Positions 57,596 through 64,000 of a stretch of DNA of 64,000 bases are shown piece by piece. Numbering within the stretch: position 1 is the first letter of the stretch; each line of letters starts with the position of its first letter. Source of the DNA: Candidatus Omnitrophota bacterium (GTDB lineage Bacteria > Omnitrophota > Gorgyraeia > JAFGGP01); the NCBI GenBank assembly GCA_016930485.1, contig JAFGGP010000013.1:217157-281156 (forward strand), written 5' to 3'. A program made the translations under genes and the position numbers. The notes below the pieces were generated by a model, which saw only the letters and a list, made by a program, of their open reading frames with translations, was not told the DNA's origin and did no database searches.

Positions 57596-57920
57596 GGCGC
57601 TGGGTTTCTTGAACAATCCACTCCAAGTAACTCGGAAGGCCTGCGGCAATCTTAAGCGCTATTACCTCAGGCACCTCATAACTGTGCAGAGACTGTACGC
57701 GTTCTATCAGGAGCGGCAGGGCGTTCCGCGAGGTCTTAATGAAAAGAAGGTTTTCTCTTGAGCGCTCACGCACACCCTTCCACAGATAGTGTGATTCCGC
57801 CTCTTTCAGAACGGTCACGCAGGCACATAGCCTCTCGGCAAGAAGAGTATCAGCGATGGAATGCGCCTCATCCAAAGTAGCGCAACTGACGATTACCAGA
57901 TAACTACCGGCCTTATTCAT
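57588..57920 (-). CDS. cutA: divalent-cation tolerance protein CutA
   Basis: 110 aa; LCACVTV...YLWKG...HSYEVPEVIAL is a typical CutA1 pattern. Confidence 0.85.
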   Translation of the reverse strand: MNKAGSYLVIVSCATLDEAHSIADTLLAERLCACVTVLKEAESHYLWKGVRERSRENLLFIKTSRNALPLLIERVQSLHSYEVPEVIALKIAAGLPSYLEWIVQETQRHE

Positions 57921-58840
57921 TGCGGCTTTCCTCCTGATGCCTCGCAGGCTGTTTTGATAGTATTGCAGTGAATCTGTGCAGTAGTTTCAACGCTTGCCGC
58001 GTAGCCACCCCCTAATACAACAGCGCACGGAATTTTATGCTTCCTGCAGTATGCGAAAACAGATACATCGCGTTCTTCTAGTCCTTCGAGTGATAGCGCA
58101 AGCCCTCCCAGCACATCGCCGTAAAAAGGATCGGCCCCTGCTATATACAAAGCAAAATCGGGTTGGTGGGCCGTCGTTATTATATCGAGGGCCCGATGCA
58201 GATGCCGTATATATTCCCTATCGCCTGTGCCGTCATCCAGTTCTACATCCAGGTCGCTCGGGATTTTTGCAAAAGGGTAATTATCCCTCTGATGAATCGA
58301 AAAGGTAAAGACATCGGGGTTGCCTTGAAAAATGAAAGCGGTCCCGTTTCCTTGATGTACATCACAATCTATAACAACCGGTCGTGATATCGCAGACTCG
58401 TCCAAGAGCGCGGCAAGGGCGATGGCCACATCGTTCAGCACGCAGAATCCCTCCCCGTGATCCGGAAAGGCATGATGAAAGCCGCCGCCGATATGAGCAG
58501 AGATACCATCATCCAGAGCGTAACGACAACTTATAAGCGTTCCGCCGGCACATAACCATGCAGCCTCCATTAGATCTGTAGAATACGGCACTTCAAGACG
58601 TGCTATTTCTTGTAACGTCAGAGACCCTTGTTTTAGCTTATGGATATACTCGGGGGCATGAATGCGCAGGATATCTTTATCGGAGGCGCTCTGCGGTCTT
58701 ATAAAGCAATCGGACGAAATATGGTGTGCGCGGGTTAATAACTGGCGTGTGAGGGCGTATTTCTCGGTAGGAAAAACGTGATCACCAATATCCACGTTAT
58801 ACCGATCAGAATAGACTATTTTAATTTTTCTGCTCCTCAA
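57917..58840 (-). CDS. histone deacetylase family protein (deacetylase / acetylpolyamine amidohydrolase-like)
   Basis: GGGFHHAFPDHGEGFCVLNDVAIA and DCDVHQGNGT. Confidence 0.88.
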   Translation of the reverse strand: MRSRKIKIVYSDRYNVDIGDHVFPTEKYALTRQLLTRAHHISSDCFIRPQSASDKDILRIHAPEYIHKLKQGSLTLQEIARLEVPYSTDLMEAAWLCAGGTLISCRYALDDGISAHIGGGFHHAFPDHGEGFCVLNDVAIALAALLDESAISRPVVIDCDVHQGNGTAFIFQGNPDVFTFSIHQRDNYPFAKIPSDLDVELDDGTGDREYIRHLHRALDIITTAHQPDFALYIAGADPFYGDVLGGLALSLEGLEERDVSVFAYCRKHKIPCAVVLGGGYAASVETTAQIHCNTIKTACEASGGKPQ

Positions 58841-58869
58841 AAATCGGCAACGCGACCCTAAAAACTATG

Positions 58870-59169
58870 TTACAGCTCACCCAAAAATGATTCTACGGCC
58901 TCAACCACCAATTCCCACTTATCTCTATCGTGTATAGTAAACTTCTGTTTCCTTCTCCATTTTCCGTCCTTCTCCTGCCACAGATATAAATTGATCGTCC
59001 TCTTACCCCATGATTCGGTCAGCACCACAGCCTGCCACCAACCAAAAGCCTTGCTGATCGTGCGGTAATCAACCACATGTAACGGTGGGGCTATCGGAAC
59101 CGCTTCTTCCTGATTGCCCTCCCCTGTCTCAGGGTTACCGATATCCTTGAATTTCTCTTCATCGCTCAT
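58870..59169 (-). CDS. hypothetical protein
   Basis: 99-aa ORF with an acidic N-terminus, packed among same-strand genes. No recognisable motif. Confidence 0.5.
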   Translation of the reverse strand: MSDEEKFKDIGNPETGEGNQEEAVPIAPPLHVVDYRTISKAFGWWQAVVLTESWGKRTINLYLWQEKDGKWRRKQKFTIHDRDKWELVVEAVESFLGEL

Positions 59170-59206
59170 AAGAAACCTCCTTGTTTATAGATGAGGTTCG
59201 ACGTCT

Positions 59207-59410
59207 TTATGTTTTTCGAAACGATATCTGATAGGTATCTGCCTCGTTTTTTACAACAACATGCCCTTCCCGTGCAAGCCACCCTAAACTCATAAGCACG
59301 ATTTCTCGAGAGCGGTCAATTCCTGTTGTCAGTCGAGCGAGCTCGGTTTCGCCGTGCTGATCTAAAAAATGCCAGATTTCACCGGCAACAATACCGATTT
59401 CTGTTATCAT
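59207..59410 (-). CDS. small winged-helix protein (DUF2582-like)
   Basis: 67 aa; IVAGEIWHFLDQHGETELARLTTGI...LMSLGWLAREGHV resembles the small wHTH family. ATGA overlap with the upstream ORF. Confidence 0.6.
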   Translation of the reverse strand: MITEIGIVAGEIWHFLDQHGETELARLTTGIDRSREIVLMSLGWLAREGHVVVKNEADTYQISFRKT

Positions 59411-59655
59411 TGCGACCCCCTTTCGCTACGAGCAAGTTCGTTATAACTGCTGCATCGGGGACATCGTGAAAGCGGCGTGTCCCTGTGCAAATAAATAAAG
59501 GCGCATATAGAGCACTGCCAAATCTTGATATTTTCGTGCGCATGAAGCCATTTCGGCCTGCGCTGAGAAAACAAGAGCCATACAAGAAAAATGCCGCCGA
59601 TATAGAAAGAAAAATAAAGAGTTAATGCCGCGTCAAGTGTAATATTGAGCATCAA
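59407..59655 (-). CDS. membrane-anchored zinc-ribbon protein
   Basis: One TM helix (LTLYFSFYIGGIFLVWLLF) followed by CSIC...CPRC. Confidence 0.5.
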   Translation of the reverse strand: MMLNITLDAALTLYFSFYIGGIFLVWLLFSQRRPKWLHAHENIKIWQCSICAFIYLHRDTPLSRCPRCSSYNELARSERGSQ

Positions 59656-59665
59656 GAAACCTGTT

Positions 59666-60358
59666 TCATAAAAGAGGGGCTGTTATAACCACCTCGCCTG
59701 TTTGAACCGGCTCCCGCTTTCCCTGCGCCGGGCTAAGGGGCACAAAGAGCCACTGTTTTATATATCTCATCAGTTCCATGTCGATTGCCGGATAGCCGCT
59801 CGACCTTTCAAGAACAACGGCAGAGAGCATCCCTGAAGAAGAAACCTCGACACGAAAGACCACTCGCACATCCTGTTCGTTTGCCTCAACCCAGTTAGTT
59901 AATGCGGGAAAAGGCGGCCGTGAAAGAAGGGTGCGGTCTCTGATGGGCCCGTTCACAAGGACAGAATTGCCTACGAACTTCCCGGCAGACCTCTGAGCGA
60001 TGCCAGGACGAACGATATTGTTCAGTACAGAACCCGGCGGCACCCGCTTTTCCATCTTCGCTGTAGGCTTTACCGCCTCGGCACCCTGCATTTTTTGCGG
60101 TTCAACGAATGTTTCTAAAAACTCCCCTTCAAAGCCGTGGTTTAATGAGTAAAGATCGCCAAAATGCCCGTGCCAAACGCTGGTAGCGACGAAGACAGGT
60201 TCTACCTCTCCGGTAAAATAGCCTAAAAAGGAGACGGTTGCATGCGGTGGAAACCCCGCACCCCCCGGTGCAATGACTATGTTAAAAAGCGATGCACAGA
60301 GCGTGTGGAAAACTATTGAGCTAAAAACAAAAAAGTGAAAAGATCGCATCAACGTCAT
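59666..60358 (-). CDS. TonB-like energy transducer (C-terminal TonB domain)
   Basis: N-terminal anchor MTLMRSFHFFVFSSIVFHTL and a C-terminal pattern VVFRVEVSSSGMLSAVVLERSSGYPAIDMELMRYIKQW. The start codon (60358-60356) is separated from the exbD stop codon (60362-60360) by one nt; the track ORF starts at 60439. Confidence 0.65.
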   Translation of the reverse strand: MTLMRSFHFFVFSSIVFHTLCASLFNIVIAPGGAGFPPHATVSFLGYFTGEVEPVFVATSVWHGHFGDLYSLNHGFEGEFLETFVEPQKMQGAEAVKPTAKMEKRVPPGSVLNNIVRPGIAQRSAGKFVGNSVLVNGPIRDRTLLSRPPFPALTNWVEANEQDVRVVFRVEVSSSGMLSAVVLERSSGYPAIDMELMRYIKQWLFVPLSPAQGKREPVQTGEVVITAPLL

Positions 60359-60359
60359 G

Positions 60360-60767
60360 TTATAGCGCAATATCCTGATTGGTAGCAAGGTTAATCTGTG
60401 TAATCCCCGCATCCCTGCAGGCATCCCATATCTGCACAACCCGGCCCAGAGATGCCTTTTTGTCCGCCTTGATCAGGACGGGCCGTTGCGCATATGACGA
60501 ACTCTTCAATGTCTCAAGCAACTCTTTCATCGTAACAATTTTATTATTAAGGTAAACCGTATTTTCCCCGGTCAGCATAATAACAATATTTTTCTCTTTG
60601 ATTACCTCGCTGGTCACCGCCTTGGGAAGATCTATTTTAATGCCAGGTTGATACACGAAAGATGAGGTAAGCATAAAAAAAATGAGCAGCAAAAAAAGGA
60701 CGTCGATGAGCGGCGCAAGATCGAGCTGCCCTTTTTCAAATTCTATTCGTTTTGTTTTAAAACGCAT
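60360..60767 (-). CDS. exbD: ExbD/TolR family biopolymer transport protein
   Basis: 135 aa with an N-terminal TM helix (LAPLIDVLFLLLIFFM) and a periplasmic domain. Confidence 0.88.
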   Translation of the reverse strand: MRFKTKRIEFEKGQLDLAPLIDVLFLLLIFFMLTSSFVYQPGIKIDLPKAVTSEVIKEKNIVIMLTGENTVYLNNKIVTMKELLETLKSSSYAQRPVLIKADKKASLGRVVQIWDACRDAGITQINLATNQDIAL

Positions 60768-60779
60768 TTGCTGCCTCTT

Positions 60780-61493
60780 TTATTCATACTGTTCTAAAAT
60801 ATTAATGAGCTCGGTTGCGCTTCGCTCAACCTCAAATATAAAGTTATTGACTTTGCTCACCAGAAAATTGTACGCAACAAATGTCGGAATTGCAACTGCA
60901 AGGCCTGCAATAGTCGTCAATAATGCCTCCCAGATACCCCCGGCCAGTTCCCCGGGACTTACCGGCGTAAAGGCCGTTGCCTTCTCTTCGATAACCTTGA
61001 ACGCACGTACCATACCGGTTACTGTTCCTAACAAACCTAATAGGGGCGCGATATGTGCAACGGTCGCCAAAACAGGAAGATTTCGTTCGAGATAATTCAT
61101 CTCCTGACTTCCGGCATCCTCTATCGCTTCTTTAATCTCCAGACGGCTGCTCCCCTGTTTGAGTAAACCGGCCTTAAAGATACGGGCTACAGACCCTGGC
61201 GTGTTTTCGCACAGGGTAATCGCGTCCATCACCTTATTCCGTTCTAAGAGACTTGAAACCTTTTCAATAAATGCCTTCGTATCTATTCGGGCATGATGTA
61301 GCTGTATTAATTTTTCCACGAACACAGCCAGGGCAATCACCGAACAGAAGGCAATGATATAAACGATAGGGCCGCCCTTCTGCACAATCTCCAACCTGCT
61401 TAAGACAAAAATAAAAAAGATTAGCGAGATGACTGCGAGAAAGAAAAATAGAACGCGTGAAGCAGTTTTTCCCTTTTTCTTTGCTTCGGCCAT
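60780..61493 (-). CDS. exbB: MotA/TolQ/ExbB proton-channel protein
   Basis: Three TM helices and LGLLGTVTGM...GGIWEALLTTIAGL. AAGGGGG precedes the ATG at 61493 (the track ORF starts at 61577). Confidence 0.88.
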   Translation of the reverse strand: MAEAKKKGKTASRVLFFFLAVISLIFFIFVLSRLEIVQKGGPIVYIIAFCSVIALAVFVEKLIQLHHARIDTKAFIEKVSSLLERNKVMDAITLCENTPGSVARIFKAGLLKQGSSRLEIKEAIEDAGSQEMNYLERNLPVLATVAHIAPLLGLLGTVTGMVRAFKVIEEKATAFTPVSPGELAGGIWEALLTTIAGLAVAIPTFVAYNFLVSKVNNFIFEVERSATELINILEQYE

Positions 61494-61509
61494 ACAACCC
61501 CCTTCTTTC

Positions 61510-63996
61510 TTATTGAGCGTCGACGTTTTCTCTGATCCACTGCAGTCGTTCACGGGCATACTTTGACTCTTCGACATCCTGGTCGATCAGCTTCACGTAG
61601 AGCTCCTTAGCCTTATCCCATTGGTCCATATCTTCGAATAGTTTCGCCGCACGTAACTGCGCCTTAATCGACCAGTAGGTATATTCGGGATACAGATAGG
61701 GGATCTTCACGTATTCCATAATGGCCCTATCAAGATCACCAGTATCTTCGTAGCACTCCGCTATCTGAAACTGTGCATGGGCATTCAATTCATCGGAGAC
61801 CGTCTTGTCAAGAACGCTCTCGAAAGATTTCACCGCATCCTGTGCGCTGCCCTTCAGCTTTAATAGTTCGCCGGTGCGGATTAAGGCAAGCCGCTGAAAC
61901 TGCGTCCCGGGGAATCGGGTGACCACTTCTTCATAATGAGCAAGGGCACCCTTAGTGTCTCCCTTTTCCATAAAGAGATCCCCCAACCTTAACCAGATAT
62001 CACCGCCCAACTCGGTGTCCGGATATATTCTGATCGTCTGCTTGAATGTGTCAAGAGCCTCCGTCACCTTTCCTTCCTGATAGTAGGTCCACGCTACCCA
62101 ATACAATGCATCGTCGGCAAGGTCGTTGTTGCCGAACTCGTCAAACAGTCGTTTAAAATATTGCCGGGACTTCACGTATTCCTTTCTGTTGTAATGCAGT
62201 TCGCCGAGCAGAAAGAGAATGTCAGAGGCCATGCTGCTATTAGGATATTGGTCGAGAAAATCCTTGAATGCCTTTTCTGCGTCTTTTTCTTTGCCCAACT
62301 GATAATAGCACCATCCTATCTGATAGAGTGCCATTTCCGCGTAATTCGAGGTGGGGTGGCGCTTGATTAAATCCTTTAGACCGTCGAGTGCCTGTGTGTA
62401 TTGTTTGGAGTTGTATAATGCGATGGCCCGATAAAAAAGCGCCTCCTTGATGAGATCGGGTTCTTTCTTTCTCTCCAGAAGGGCATCAAAATGTGTAATC
62501 GCGTTATTAAATTCCCCCAGCCTGAAATGGCAAACCGCCATCTGGTAGAGGGCCTTATCATGCAATGTACTATTCGGATAATTGTTAATAAGGCTCTGGA
62601 AGGCGAGAATGGCCCCGTTGAGGTCGCCCATCTCAAAAAGTATCAGACCGATCTGATACTGTACATAATCGGCATAAAAACTTTTCGGAAACTCCTTAAG
62701 GATGAAATCGTATACATCGAGTGCCTGTTTATATTCCTTCTTTTCAAAATAGACATCCCCGATCCGGCTCAAAGCCCCTGTTTTAAGCGATTCGTCCGTC
62801 GCTTCCTTGACAATCTGAAATTCGGAAAGGGCCTCGTCATAACTCCGCAATTTAAAATATGTCCAACCGAGGTTGTATCTGAGCTCGTACATCAAGGGTC
62901 CGGAAGAAAACCGTTGAAGTGCCTCTTGGTACAAGGCAGCCGCCTCATCGAGCCTGTCCAGTTCGTAGAGACACTCGCCTTTCCAGAGATACGCATCATC
63001 AACCCATTCGCTCTCCGGATAGTCTTTTATCACCTTATCATATTCGCTGATGGCCTTCGCAAAATTATGTAATCGCTGGTATGACTGTCCCTTTCCGAAA
63101 TAACAGGGAGCCAGCAGCGCATCCTCCGTGCCTTTTTCTTCAAACTCCGAAAAATATGTCAGGGCATTCTGGAAATCGCCGAGTTTAAAGTAACTCCATC
63201 CAAGACCAAACAAGGCGTAGGTACGCCACTGATCCTTTGCGTCTAATGCGAGAATCTTTGTATATGAGGCTATCGCTTCTCCATACCGACTCATAGCGTA
63301 CAGATTCTCGGCAATCCAGTAATGCGCCTCACCTGCCCTGGCGGCATCAGGCTGTTCGGCCAGCAATGATTGAATCAGGGCGATTGCGTCTTCATGTCTC
63401 TTGAGATTGTAGAGGGCCTCGCCCGCCTTAAACGTGGCATCGGCAACAAGAGTGGGATCGGTTTTGTCCCGCATAAGTTGATGAAAAAACGGGAGTGCCT
63501 TCTCAAAATTTCCCTCGTTAAAAAAACACCATCCTAAAGAATGAAGTGCATAGACATAATATTCGGAATCCGGGAACTCGTTGACAACGCGTTGAAAATA
63601 CTCTTTTGCCTCTGCCGCGTCATTCCCTTTAAAATACACCTCTCCGGTCCAATAGAGAAATTCGTCGATTTTTCCTGCGGCCTCGTCCTCGCTCAGTCCT
63701 TGTTCAAATTCATCGATCGCCTCATGCAGTTTCCCTAATTGGAACAAACATCTTCCTTTTAAAAGACGCGCCTCGACAAGCTCGGAGGAGTCCGGGTAGT
63801 TCCGGATAAACTCATCTAATTGTTTAAGGGCTATATCATAAAATCCGTCTTTAAAGGCCCTTTTGGCAAGATACAGTTCCTCAGAGGCATTGGCCGCCTC
63901 TACGAGACTTGGCTGGCATACGGCACATACTATGACTAATATGATAATAGATGCGATAGATTTCATAGGGCATACTATAGCATTTTCTCGCGACAT
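61510..63996 (-). CDS. large secreted tetratricopeptide-repeat protein
   Basis: Signal peptide (MKSIASIIILVIVCAVCQPSLVEA) followed by about 20 TPR/YbgF-like repeats. The true start may be the ATG at 63966. Confidence 0.85.
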   Translation of the reverse strand: MSRENAIVCPMKSIASIIILVIVCAVCQPSLVEAANASEELYLAKRAFKDGFYDIALKQLDEFIRNYPDSSELVEARLLKGRCLFQLGKLHEAIDEFEQGLSEDEAAGKIDEFLYWTGEVYFKGNDAAEAKEYFQRVVNEFPDSEYYVYALHSLGWCFFNEGNFEKALPFFHQLMRDKTDPTLVADATFKAGEALYNLKRHEDAIALIQSLLAEQPDAARAGEAHYWIAENLYAMSRYGEAIASYTKILALDAKDQWRTYALFGLGWSYFKLGDFQNALTYFSEFEEKGTEDALLAPCYFGKGQSYQRLHNFAKAISEYDKVIKDYPESEWVDDAYLWKGECLYELDRLDEAAALYQEALQRFSSGPLMYELRYNLGWTYFKLRSYDEALSEFQIVKEATDESLKTGALSRIGDVYFEKKEYKQALDVYDFILKEFPKSFYADYVQYQIGLILFEMGDLNGAILAFQSLINNYPNSTLHDKALYQMAVCHFRLGEFNNAITHFDALLERKKEPDLIKEALFYRAIALYNSKQYTQALDGLKDLIKRHPTSNYAEMALYQIGWCYYQLGKEKDAEKAFKDFLDQYPNSSMASDILFLLGELHYNRKEYVKSRQYFKRLFDEFGNNDLADDALYWVAWTYYQEGKVTEALDTFKQTIRIYPDTELGGDIWLRLGDLFMEKGDTKGALAHYEEVVTRFPGTQFQRLALIRTGELLKLKGSAQDAVKSFESVLDKTVSDELNAHAQFQIAECYEDTGDLDRAIMEYVKIPYLYPEYTYWSIKAQLRAAKLFEDMDQWDKAKELYVKLIDQDVEESKYARERLQWIRENVDAQ

Positions 63997-64000
63997 TTTC

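Overview
64-kb bacterial chromosomal segment from a diderm (OMP-like barrels, lipoproteins, a secretin and ExbB/ExbD/TonB are present). The lineage cannot be named from sequence alone. I can support about 60 protein genes and two tRNAs, all on the minus strand, tightly packed and often overlapping. All long plus-strand ORFs in the track look like antisense shadows. Layout: 0-34.6 kb is mostly housekeeping (GH57, apt, small sigma-70, ppdK, glyQS, recO, ybeY/pgpH-like/phoH, aspS, hisS, HU, dnaE, guaA, rpoD, dnaG, cvpA, mtaB, rsmE). 34.6-44.1 kb looks like one long operon: two paralogous polytopic-membrane/TPR proteins preceded by an expanded AmmeMemoRadiSam locus. That locus has a stand-alone AMMECR1, an FMN-binding polyferredoxin membrane protein, a small TM ORF, the radical SAM enzyme, a twin-arginine-signal micro-ORF and a signal-peptide Memo-AMMECR1 fusion. 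44.2-44.7 kb holds tRNA-Ala with a 22-bp duplicate of its own 3' end and one copy of a ~150-nt intergenic repeat; the second copy lies between guaA and dnaE. 44.7-55.9 kb is a type IV filament (T4P/T2SS-like) cluster, headed by an extremely AT-rich region with 10-bp-phased T-tracts. 55.9-64 kb holds a PflX-like radical SAM, M48 peptidase, cutA, a deacetylase, small ORFs and a TPR-ExbB-ExbD-TonB set. I saw no rRNA, CRISPR array, transposase, integrase or phage genes. Several intergenic sites carry near-consensus TTGACA-N17-TAnnnT promoters; two of them (guaA, hisS) sit so close to the ATG that the mRNAs would be nearly leaderless. The best candidate for a new system is the envelope-directed AmmeMemoRadiSam variant with its own membrane redox module. 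All functional calls come from motifs I could read in the translations; no database search was possible.
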